From a candidate division WOR-3 bacterium (GTDB lineage: Bacteria > Hydrothermota > Tepidihabitantia > B3-TA06): 64,000 bases of DNA. A model generated the notes under the pieces. That model saw nothing but the letters and a program-made list of their open reading frames with translations. It did no database searches and was not told where the DNA came from. Below, in pieces: positions 40,601 to 50,249 of the stretch. The stretch spans positions 1 to 64,000 of the forward strand of contig CBFGKC010000015.1 in NCBI GenBank assembly GCA_965649265.1, in the 5' to 3' direction. The translations under genes and the position numbers were made by a program. Position 1 is the stretch's first letter, and every line of letters starts with the position of its first letter.

Positions 40601-41497
40601 ACCGGCGACGGCTGGTCCACAGGCTCGTTAGATCCTGACGGCTTCAGAGAAATAAGGGTAGAAATAACCGGTCTGAGCGGCGCCGACTCCATGTACGAAG
40701 TGCTTGTCACGTCAACGTCAACCCTGAGCACGCACGACCCCGAGGAACTTGATGCGATCAAGTGCGTCGTGGTTACTGCCAGTGCGCAGCCGGATATCCT
40801 TGTAAGGAATTACTATGAGACCGACTACAGCGGTGACAACATATACAACAAGACCGGCATGTCGCAGACCAGGGAACAGGTCTTCCGTCAGCCTGCAAAA
40901 GCCATCTTCCAGTTCGAGATTCAAAACGACTACCTCGATCCCGAGGGAAATCCTGACGTATTCATCGTCAAGGGCACCCCAAGCACATCGACATGGAAGG
41001 TTCAGTACTTCGACAGGCTTGATGGTGGAAATGACATAACCTCTGCGATGACCGCCAGTGGCTGGTCCACGGGGGAACTCGTACCTCTTGATATCAAACA
41101 CATCCGTGCCGAGGTTGTCTGTGATACCACTCTGTCGGACAGCTCGGTTTTCGAAATCCTCGTGAAGCTGACCTCTGTCAATGACGGAAACCGCCAGGAC
41201 GTTGCTAAGGGTATCTCGATCTACCGCAAAGAATCCGGAGTAAACGAAAGGATATGGCCCAAAACGTACAGCCTTTCGGCTGAACCGGGCAAGGTACAGT
41301 ACAGCCTTGCCAAGGCTTCAAACGTTAGCGTCAAGGTCTTCGATGCGGCTGGTAATCTTGTCGCAATCCTTGATTCCGGCGTAAGAAATGCCGGCTCCTA
41401 TACTCTGAACTGGAAAGCGCCGACAAGTGGTGTCTACTTTGTCAAGGTCACTACTCCGGAATACTCGGCAGTACGCAAGGTTATGATAATCAAGTAA
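37613..41497 (+). CDS. Array protein 5: SBBP-like beta-propeller head + five ~150-aa Ig-like repeats + short CTD
   Basis: Signal LGA|Q; repeated DY...AVD.SGNVY.GY...KYN.SG..QW; five (Q/R)PD..Y.GD..Y...QT repeats. Confidence 0.85.
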   Translation: MNRSKIILTIFFLLLAGTLGAQVTQAWVARYNGMGNGTDYGRAVGADPSGNVYTTGYSYNGSNYDIVTVKYNSSGVQQWAVTYNSPYNSTDYPYAIYVDASGNVYVAGYTYNTSGNVDMLTLKYNTSGTLQWNRLFNGSSNSSDYGYDITVDASGNVYTAGYAYNINNSVSSPDMEVVKYNSAGTLQWARAYNDPNNSSDYGRAVAVDGSGNVYIAGYGYYNNTSYPDALIAKFNSAGVFQWVGVYATSLNYSDYGYDVAVDGSGNVYLGGYSYITSTSNADFIIVKYNTSGTQLWMRNWNGPQNYYDYGYYIKCNTAGDVWMAGYGYYSSSSSYDLELVKYNASGTFQWAANYNGTYGTYDYMTTPGNMLAIDASDNAYICGYGYVSSGSYYDYETVKFNSAGVQQWAMTYNGPGAQSDYAYWVAVDASNNVYTTGYSYGSGTGYDFATIKYTQGTPVTRQPDSWVKNSAEANPGGYIGDNIYEYPTPSASQTKAQTVNPGSTGIYHIRLTNDGTASDSFRITGPSAPGNWTYTYYDALTGGNNITAAVTGSGWNSGAIATTAYREIRVEVTPAASVAGGTTQNVDVTSTSINDGTKRDVVRASTTTTSANQPDNHIKLSSEAATLYVGDNVYNLDGTNQTKTMQVDPLQVASYTVRIQNDGNASDNMTVTGTAGNTNFTVAYYDAATGGNNITSSVTGSGWTTGSLAVGATREIRLEVTPAASATPGSTYDVLVTSRSGLDANKRDAVSASTNVLNHRPDNHIKLFSEASSAYVGDNVYNLDGTNQTKSLTTNAGSPAVYHIRIQNDGNVAEAYTITGTGNGTTAHASWTVRYYDALTGGNEITSSVTGAGWSTGSLAIGATKEIRVEVTANAAAWGFESYPVLVISTAPGYGSVKDAVRATTTVRDFYQPDNLVKRADNTTYTGDGIYNADGTDQTASYISNFWDTKVFHVRIENDSNTVDTYNVTGTGDGGSGWTVKYYDALTGGADITFQVTGDGWSTGSLDPDGFREIRVEITGLSGADSMYEVLVTSTSTLSTHDPEELDAIKCVVVTASAQPDILVRNYYETDYSGDNIYNKTGMSQTREQVFRQPAKAIFQFEIQNDYLDPEGNPDVFIVKGTPSTSTWKVQYFDRLDGGNDITSAMTASGWSTGELVPLDIKHIRAEVVCDTTLSDSSVFEILVKLTSVNDGNRQDVAKGISIYRKESGVNERIWPKTYSLSAEPGKVQYSLAKASNVSVKVFDAAGNLVAILDSGVRNAGSYTLNWKAPTSGVYFVKVTTPEYSAVRKVMIIK

Positions 41498-41534
41498 ACA
41501 CTCCTACTCTCTAGCCGGGGAAAAAGCACATTCT

Positions 41535-41567
41535 CAGGGCGAGGTTTTGACCTCGCCCTGGTTTTTT
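41535..41567 (+). terminator. Intrinsic terminator
   Basis: CAGGGCGAGG-TTTTGA-CCTCGCCCTG-GTTTTTT. Confidence 0.85.
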
Positions 41568-41988
41568 AGCAGCCTTCTCTCATGCGGTCAAGCTAGTCAA
41601 AACTAATGATCAACGTCTTTTCTCTCCTAGCCGCACTTTTAATGAAGTATCCGGAATCTCGAAGGCCAGAACTTAAGTACTCTTAAAAAAGCACATATAT
41701 CAAAAAAAGAAAGGTACCATTTAAAGTATAAAACCCATTGTCTTTATGAGAGGTAGTATTAAATGTTATAAAATGATGAGGTAATTTAATTGCAGGCAAC
41801 ATCCCGCATCTCAAAAATTAATAACAAAATAACATGGCAAAATACATCCTAATAACCAAGGCAATTTCTTTTAATCGAACGCATATTATATTTCATAAGC
41901 AACTAAGTAAGCCATGCGAAGAATAGTAGTGTTCATTACAAACGTTATTTTTACTTAATTGATATATATTCAACTATAGCAAGAATGC

Positions 41989-42033
41989 AAACATCCTATA
42001 CGACCTTGACATGTAAGCAATTTGTCCTATAAT
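41989..42033 (+). promoter_or_regulatory. AAACATCCTATA site + promoter of array gene 6
   Basis: AAACATCCTATA-N5-TTGACA-N16-TATAAT. Confidence 0.75.
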
Positions 42034-42122
42034 CTAGGCATTAAAGGTGCTTCAGAAGAAAGGACGGGCTAAGCCTTTACTTCGCAAGCAGACAATTTAA
42101 AAACTCTCAACAAGGAGAGCGA

Positions 42123-45100
42123 ATGAACAAAAACAAGCTAGTAGGATTCGTATTAGCATTTTTTGCTTTTACGGGTTTATTAACGACTCTATCCGCTCAA
42201 ACCAGTCTTCTCTCGGAGGATTTCGAAGGCAGCTTCCCTCCCGCAGGCTGGACTCAGAACCCATCGTTCTCGACCGCATGGAGACGCAACGACACATACA
42301 CGCGGACGAACTATGTTACAGTCGGCGGTGCAGGCGGATACTGCGCCGATCGCGATGACGATCGTTATAACATCTACCCGACATATCCGGCAGGTGCATG
42401 GTTCCAGACGCCCGCAATGAACTGCACGGGTTACACCAATGTATGGCTTTCCTACAGCATAGTTTTTAACGCTGCAGCTTCTGACCGCGCCCGCATTGAA
42501 GTCTCAAACAATGGAACCACATGGACCCAGGTAGTTCAGTATCTTGCAGATGTGAGCGCATATGGTCCGGGACAGCGCGACTCCTTCAATATAAGCGCAG
42601 TCGCCGCAGGTCAGCCGACGGTCTACGTCCGATTTACTTACTGGGAGGTTTCTTCAACATGGGCGTGGTGGTTTGAAGTTGACAGGGTACGCGTATGGGG
42701 TTCAGGCACGCCGGTAACCAGGCAGCCCGACAGCTGGGTAAAGAACTCGGGGGATGCCAACCCGGGTGGATACATAGGCGACAATATTTACGAGTACCCC
42801 ACCCCCTCCAGCTCCCAGACGAAGGCTCAGACCGTAGTTCCTGGCTCGACGGTCATCTATCATATAAGATTGACTAACGACGGTACCGCAACCGACAGCT
42901 TCAGAATCACGGGTCCCTCGGCTCCGGCCAACTGGACCTATACTTATTACGACGCCCTCACCGGCGGTAACAACATAACCGCATCCGTGACCGGCTCGGG
43001 CTGGAATTCGGGCGCCATCACTACAACGGGCTATAGAGAGATCCGCGTAGAGGTCACCCCTGCGGCATCGGTTCCGGGAGGCACTACGCAGAACATAGAC
43101 ATCCTGTCCACCTCCATCAACGACGGAGCCAAGCGTGACGTTGTCCGCTGTGCAACTACAACGGCATCGGCGCGCCAGCCGGACAACCATATCAAGTTAA
43201 CGTCTGAGGCCGCGACGCTATACGTGGGTGACAACGTATACAACCTTGACGGAACCAACCAGGCCAAGACGATGTACGTCGATCTTCTTCAGACCGCAAG
43301 CTACACCGTGCGCATTCAGAACGACGGCAATGCAGCTGACAACATGACCGTGACCGGCACCGCAGGCACGGCCAACTTTACTGTAACGTACTACGACGCA
43401 GCTACAGGCGGAACCAACATCACCTCCTCTGTAACCGGCGCGGGCTGGGCCACCGGCTCACTTGCAGTCGGCGCGACGAGAGAAATACGTGTCGAGGTGA
43501 CGCCTACCGTTTCAGCTCCGGTGGGTTCGACCTATGACGTTCTGGTGACCTCTCGCTCGGGATCGGACAACACCAAGCGCGACGCCGTGAAGGCATCGAC
43601 GACCGTCATCAATCACAGACCTGACAATCACATCAAAAACTCGGCCGAGGCAGCAACCGCATACGTTGGTGACGGAATTTACAACACCGACGGCACCAAC
43701 CAGACCAAGTCGCAGAACGTGAACGCGGGTGCAACCGTAATCTATCACATCAGGGTTCAGAACGACGGCAATTACGCCGAGGCGTACACGGTCACGGGTA
43801 CCGGCAATGGCAACAGCGCTCACGCCTCGTGGACTGTGCGCTACTATGACGCCCTCACCGGCGGAACAGAAATAACCGCATCCGTGATCGGTGCTGGCTG
43901 GTCAACTGGTTCGCTTGCACCGGGAGCCACAACTGAGATCCGCTGCGAGGTGACTCCTAACGCAGGTGCATGGGGTGACGAAAGCTACAACGTGCTCGTC
44001 ACATCCACCGCATCCGGCTACGGCGCAATCAAGGATGCAGTCAAGGCAACGACGACCGTCAACAGCCATTTCCAGCCCGACAATCTCGTGAAAAGGGCAA
44101 GCGAATCATCATACATCGGTGACGGAATCTACAACGCGGACGGAACCGACCAGACTTCTTCCTACATTACAAACTACTGGAAGACAGTCGTGTTCAATGT
44201 CAGAATAGAGAACGATTCCAACACGGTCGACTCGTACGACGTGACAGCTCCCGCATCAAGCGGCGGCTGGACGGTTCAGTATTTTGACGCCGTATCGGGC
44301 GGCAATGAAATCACGGGCGACATAACCGGCGCTGGCTGGTCAACCGGTTCCATGAACCCAGACGATTACCGCGAAATTCGCGTCGAGATAACAGGAAGCA
44401 CGAACGCGGACTCGATGTTCGAGGCGCTTGTTACTTCCACATCCACTCTCAGCACAAGTAACATCAAGGAATCGGACGCCGTCAAGTGCGTGGTGATATC
44501 GGCGAGCGCGCAGCCCGACCTGATGGTCAAGAGTTCGGATGAAGTCGACTACACGGGCGATAACGTCTACAACCAGACCGGTATGAATCAGACGAAAGAG
44601 CTTGAGATTCGCGCAACCCAGATGGGTGTCTTCCACGTTCAGATAGAAAACGATTACATGGATGAGGATGGTAACCCTGACGTGTTCACGTTGAGGGGCA
44701 CGCCGGGCAACGCCTTCTGGAACCTCAAGTACTACGACATGCTGACCGGCGGTGCGGATATAACGGCCGCAATGACCGCCTCAGGCTGGTCCACCGGCGA
44801 GATTCTGCCTCTCGGCACAAAGAGAATCAGGATCGAAGTCACACCCGACACCTCGCTTACTGACAGCTCATTCTACGAGATTACGATCAAAGCGACATCG
44901 CAAAACGACGGAAACCGCAGGGATGTTGTAATAGCCATACCTGTATACAGAAACAAGGTAGGCATTGGCGAAGGTCCTACTCACTTCACCAACTCCCTGG
45001 CAGTCGAAGCCGGAAAAGTGAGCTTCTCACTCGAGAAGCCCGCCAACGTGAGCCTTAAGGTCTACGATGTCGCAGGCAAGCTTGTCGCGAACCTTGCATC

Positions 45101-45221
45101 CGGCTCAATGAGCGCGGGACAACATAACGTTAATTGGCAGGCCGCGGCTAAGGGTGTCTACTTCGTGAAACTCTCCACCTCTGACTTCACAGCGGTGCGC
45201 AAGGTAATGATTCTTAACTAA
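42123..45221 (+). CDS. Array protein 6: gene-1/2-type head + gene-5-type five-repeat stalk + short CTD
   Basis: Signal LSA|Q; SEDFEGSFPPAGW and AYGPGQRDSF as in genes 1 and 2; collinear with gene 5 from GTPVTRQPDSWVKNS. Confidence 0.85.
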   Translation: MNKNKLVGFVLAFFAFTGLLTTLSAQTSLLSEDFEGSFPPAGWTQNPSFSTAWRRNDTYTRTNYVTVGGAGGYCADRDDDRYNIYPTYPAGAWFQTPAMNCTGYTNVWLSYSIVFNAAASDRARIEVSNNGTTWTQVVQYLADVSAYGPGQRDSFNISAVAAGQPTVYVRFTYWEVSSTWAWWFEVDRVRVWGSGTPVTRQPDSWVKNSGDANPGGYIGDNIYEYPTPSSSQTKAQTVVPGSTVIYHIRLTNDGTATDSFRITGPSAPANWTYTYYDALTGGNNITASVTGSGWNSGAITTTGYREIRVEVTPAASVPGGTTQNIDILSTSINDGAKRDVVRCATTTASARQPDNHIKLTSEAATLYVGDNVYNLDGTNQAKTMYVDLLQTASYTVRIQNDGNAADNMTVTGTAGTANFTVTYYDAATGGTNITSSVTGAGWATGSLAVGATREIRVEVTPTVSAPVGSTYDVLVTSRSGSDNTKRDAVKASTTVINHRPDNHIKNSAEAATAYVGDGIYNTDGTNQTKSQNVNAGATVIYHIRVQNDGNYAEAYTVTGTGNGNSAHASWTVRYYDALTGGTEITASVIGAGWSTGSLAPGATTEIRCEVTPNAGAWGDESYNVLVTSTASGYGAIKDAVKATTTVNSHFQPDNLVKRASESSYIGDGIYNADGTDQTSSYITNYWKTVVFNVRIENDSNTVDSYDVTAPASSGGWTVQYFDAVSGGNEITGDITGAGWSTGSMNPDDYREIRVEITGSTNADSMFEALVTSTSTLSTSNIKESDAVKCVVISASAQPDLMVKSSDEVDYTGDNVYNQTGMNQTKELEIRATQMGVFHVQIENDYMDEDGNPDVFTLRGTPGNAFWNLKYYDMLTGGADITAAMTASGWSTGEILPLGTKRIRIEVTPDTSLTDSSFYEITIKATSQNDGNRRDVVIAIPVYRNKVGIGEGPTHFTNSLAVEAGKVSFSLEKPANVSLKVYDVAGKLVANLASGSMSAGQHNVNWQAAAKGVYFVKLSTSDFTAVRKVMILN

Positions 45222-45271
45222 CATACCGCAGCTTTTTCTCCAACAGATAAAAGCCTGCTCTTAAAACTATT

Positions 45272-45298
45272 GCGGCGAGGCTTTAAGCCTCGCCGCTT
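45272..45298. terminator. Hairpin between convergent genes
   Basis: GCGGCGAGGC-TTTAA-GCCTCGCCGC. Confidence 0.75.
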
Positions 45299-45384
45299 CT
45301 CTTTCCAGAGGGATACATCAATCGAGACTAAAAATCCACCTGAATACTTTCTTCAACCAGAAGTTCCCGAAGTGATACGGTGTA

Positions 45385-46884
45385 TCAGTCCGGGGTAATG
45401 TTATGCTGTGCGTTTCCGCCCCACATGAGCCATCCGTCGGCTTCGGGATCCTTTGCGTCAATGCAATAGATAGACCCCTGATCGGTGCCCCAGTATATTT
45501 TTCCTGCGGCAATCACCGGCTGAAAGCGAACAGGCTCGCCGCAGTTGTAGCGCCATAGTTCCGAACCGTCCTTCGCGTCAAGACAGATGATCTCGCCCGA
45601 AACCGCTCCGATATAAAGTTTCCCGTTTGCGAAAGAGGGGGGGGAGAAGGGCCTGCCGCCCGGGGAATCCTTGATTTTCACATAACGTTTCCATGAAAGC
45701 TTGCCTGTGGTAGGGTCGTATGCCTTCAGTGTGTCACCCATCGAAGTATATGAAATACCTTCTATGATCGCCGGGCGCGAGCCCTGATATGCCCAGACGC
45801 CGGATACCGAAGCGACGCCGAGGTTGGCCTCGCCCTGTTCGAGCTTTGCTGAGCTTGGAGCCGAGGAGAATCCAACCGAGGCGTCAAGAGACTTTTGCGT
45901 CGCTGCGTACTCGGATGTGTTGTCGGCATTAAGATAATCCGCTTGCTGTTTGGCCCAAAGCTGTTCGTTGGCGCGTCTTCCTTCGGTGGTCAGTCTGCCC
46001 TGACCTTCATTACGCACCACTATCTCCTTGCCGCCTTCGGTTCTCTTTTCATCTTCCCTCAGGCTGACGTATATCTCCCCCTTCCATACCCATGGAGCCG
46101 ACGTCGCCTGGTGCTCCTTTGAGAAGAGTTTCTCGCCCGTCGCGAGGTTGAAGCAGTGAACGGAGCCCTCTAAGGTCGATGCGTAAACCTTGCCGGCCGC
46201 TATCACGGGCGCCGAGATTATCTCGCCCGGGATGTCGTCGGTCCAGTACTCCTTGCCGGTTTCCGCGTCCATGCACGATATCGAATGTCCGCCCTTCTGG
46301 TTGGGATAGGCCATGATGACCCTGTCGTCCTTCATCGCAGGCTGGCTCATCAATGGATCCCCTAGCCACTTGCCCCAGAGCTTACGGCCCGTTTTGGCGT
46401 CGAGAACGTAAAGAATGCAGCTTTCGGTGTTGAACGCCACACGGCCTTTCTCGACCACCGCGGCAGTCGGACCGTCGTCCCCGCAGTGAAAGAGCCAGAG
46501 GGGCTTACCGGACTCCGCATCAAACGCATAAAACTCGTATGAGCCGAATCCTCCTCCTATGTAGACTTTGCCGTCCACAACCGCGGGCGTGGCGAGGGGG
46601 AGGGGGTTCTGGACCTTTGCCTTCCAGCCTTTGCGGCCGTCTGTGGTCGTGAAACCCTCATAGGTCAATTTGGGATTCTGCTCGAGGGTCTCGGAACCTC
46701 CGCCGCCCTCGGTTAATACCGGATCATCATTCATAATTCCTTGTTGAGTAGCCTGATTTTCGTTCGTTTTGGGTGCATCGGATATTGTCGCGGCGCCCAT
46801 TAGGGTCATGAGGAACAAGGGCAGAATAAAAAGGTACTTGCTTCCTACCCTGATCTCCCTCCTCGGGATAAAATGGGTCTTCAT
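45385..46884 (-). CDS. PQQ-like (BamB-like) beta-propeller repeat protein
   Basis: Repeated P....G.VY...(A/C)(F/L)DA..G..LW blades; hydrophobic N-terminus. Confidence 0.85.
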   Translation of the reverse strand: MKTHFIPRREIRVGSKYLFILPLFLMTLMGAATISDAPKTNENQATQQGIMNDDPVLTEGGGGSETLEQNPKLTYEGFTTTDGRKGWKAKVQNPLPLATPAVVDGKVYIGGGFGSYEFYAFDAESGKPLWLFHCGDDGPTAAVVEKGRVAFNTESCILYVLDAKTGRKLWGKWLGDPLMSQPAMKDDRVIMAYPNQKGGHSISCMDAETGKEYWTDDIPGEIISAPVIAAGKVYASTLEGSVHCFNLATGEKLFSKEHQATSAPWVWKGEIYVSLREDEKRTEGGKEIVVRNEGQGRLTTEGRRANEQLWAKQQADYLNADNTSEYAATQKSLDASVGFSSAPSSAKLEQGEANLGVASVSGVWAYQGSRPAIIEGISYTSMGDTLKAYDPTTGKLSWKRYVKIKDSPGGRPFSPPSFANGKLYIGAVSGEIICLDAKDGSELWRYNCGEPVRFQPVIAAGKIYWGTDQGSIYCIDAKDPEADGWLMWGGNAQHNITPD

Positions 46885-47037
46885 CGCTCTCTCCTTATTG
46901 TTTTTTTCGGATTATATCAAATAATACCGCAAGAAGGGTCTCATATTCCCTTTCGTAAGAAGAGAAACCTGATACGCGAAGTACGAATCAAAAATACTCT
47001 TATACCTGTCTCGCTCCCCCAGAGTTCAAAAAGACGT

Positions 47038-47826
47038 TCAGTCGGCCTTATACGGATCCTTTCTTGGCTTGTATAAGAGGAACGAGCCGTCCGGCTGTCT
47101 TTTAAGGAAGACGTATAAGGGTTCGACCGTTTTCTGATCCCCAGACGTATGTTCAATCCATGCAATGTAGCAGAAAAGGTTATCGGTGGGAAGGTCGAGC
47201 ATCGTTTCGGGGCGAAGGCGCATGACACGCAGCTGTTCTTTATCCTTTTTCCAGGTCTTAAGGTCCGTGACCTTTGGGCGGGGCGCGAAGACGGCTTCGC
47301 CGCCGTAAAGATTCGGGTATCCCTGACCCTGTGGCGAAAGCAGCTTATATGCGGCTTCGAAGTTGTTTGTGTCGAGCGCTGCATAAAACCTCAGAATGGT
47401 CGCATGGGCATCCTCAGAACCCGGAATGGCATAGACCGGTATTGTCGCGGCATCGGTCTTGCCTGCCTTTTCAATAGCCATGGTGTATGCTCTTATTCGT
47501 GCTCCCTGGGGGGCCTTGTCTCCGGGAACCGCGATGACCATCTTTATCTCCGCGGTATCCGGAAGTTTGGAGGCCAGGGTTACACCCCTTCGGGCTATTA
47601 CCGATGCGTCGTTGCCCTGAAGGTCAAGCTGAACAAAACCCTGCTTGGAGGCGGCGCGTCCGGTGACGAGAACCCACGAGAAGGTGTCGCCGTCCGCGGG
47701 TGTGTAAAGTTCTACCATTTCGCCGTCAACGACGATTTTTCTAGAATCCTTCTTCTGACCGGCAGGACACGCGACCAGCGAGATCAGAAGAGCAAAGGGG
47801 AGGAGGGGGTAAATGATTCGTTTCAT
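47038..47826 (-). CDS. Hypothetical lipoprotein
   Basis: Lipobox LVA|C; promoter immediately before the ATG (probably leaderless). Confidence 0.75.
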   Translation of the reverse strand: MKRIIYPLLPFALLISLVACPAGQKKDSRKIVVDGEMVELYTPADGDTFSWVLVTGRAASKQGFVQLDLQGNDASVIARRGVTLASKLPDTAEIKMVIAVPGDKAPQGARIRAYTMAIEKAGKTDAATIPVYAIPGSEDAHATILRFYAALDTNNFEAAYKLLSPQGQGYPNLYGGEAVFAPRPKVTDLKTWKKDKEQLRVMRLRPETMLDLPTDNLFCYIAWIEHTSGDQKTVEPLYVFLKRQPDGSFLLYKPRKDPYKAD

Positions 47827-47961
47827 GCCGCAGTCTACGCAGAGATTTTAAAGATGTCAAGCAGGCAAATTACCTAGGGAAAAGTGAAGTTTGGAGTATA
47901 AGTTCTGGGGGCGGAAAAGGATATTGGCAAAACTATTTCCGTGAATGCTAAAATACTTGCC

Positions 47962-47989
47962 TTGACGTTCGGGCTATTTTTACTATAAT
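47962..47989 (+). promoter_or_regulatory. tRNA promoter
   Basis: TTGACG-N16-TATAAT. Confidence 0.75.
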
Positions 47990-48004
47990 ACAGATTCGTG
48001 ACCT

Positions 48005-48078
48005 GGGCGGATAGCTCAGATGGTTAGAGCGCCTGCCTTACAAGCAGGAGGTCGTAGGTTCGAATCCTGCTCTGCCCA
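48005..48078 (+). tRNA. tRNA-Val(TAC), CCA not encoded
   Basis: Acceptor GGGCGGA/TCTGCCC, D-arm AGCTCAG, anticodon arm CCTGC-CTTACAA-GCAGG, T-loop GTTCGAATC. Confidence 0.96.
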
Positions 48079-48232
48079 TGCCGCCGGTTCCAGTAGTTTC
48101 TCGGAACCGTTCATGTATTACACAAATAATCAGCTCTGCAGACTTCGCTTTGTGGAGTACTCGGGGAGTCTAGGAGTTTTTTAAAATAACTAAAGATCAA
48201 ATATCCATTGCTTAGGCAAAGGAGGATTAAAG

Positions 48233-48517
48233 ATGAAGATAAAGCCGCTTCAGGATAGAATCCTCGTCGAGCGTGTAGAGGAGGAAGAGAAGGTCGGCGG
48301 GATAATCATCCCTGATACTGCAAAGGAAAAGCCCCAGAAGGGCACCATCATCGCTGTTGGTCCGGGCCGTAAGGACGAAAACGGAAAGCTCATAACCATT
48401 GAACTCAAGAAGGGCGACACCGTTCTCTTCAATAAATACGCCGGCACCGAGATCAAGGTAGAGGGCAAGGAATACCTTCTTATGCGCGAAGATGACGTAA
48501 TGGCGCTAGTGGACTAA
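48233..48517 (+). CDS. groES: Co-chaperonin GroES
   Basis: [30 protein letters not shown]. Confidence 0.98.
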   Translation: MKIKPLQDRILVERVEEEEKVGGIIIPDTAKEKPQKGTIIAVGPGRKDENGKLITIELKKGDTVLFNKYAGTEIKVEGKEYLLMREDDVMALVD

Positions 48518-50164
<1,647 letters not shown>

Positions 50165-50217
50165 AATTTGAAAGAAAGTCACGGGGCGCGAGCCCCAAGA
50201 CCATATAAGAGACCTCC

Positions 50218-50243
50218 AAGGCCGGGTTCAAAGACCCGGCCTT
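50218..50243. terminator. Hairpin between groEL and the convergent gene
   Basis: AAGGCCGGG-TTCAAAGA-CCCGGCCTT. Confidence 0.7.
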
Positions 50244-50249
50244 ACCATC

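Noticed and set aside
28784-45221. Diversity-generating retroelement or shufflon behind head variation
   Set aside because: No reverse transcriptase or recombinase in the window, no adenine-specific TR/VR pair, and every gene is complete with its own promoter.
48005-48078. tRNA as an integration site
   Set aside because: No duplicated tRNA 3' end and no integrase were seen in the window.
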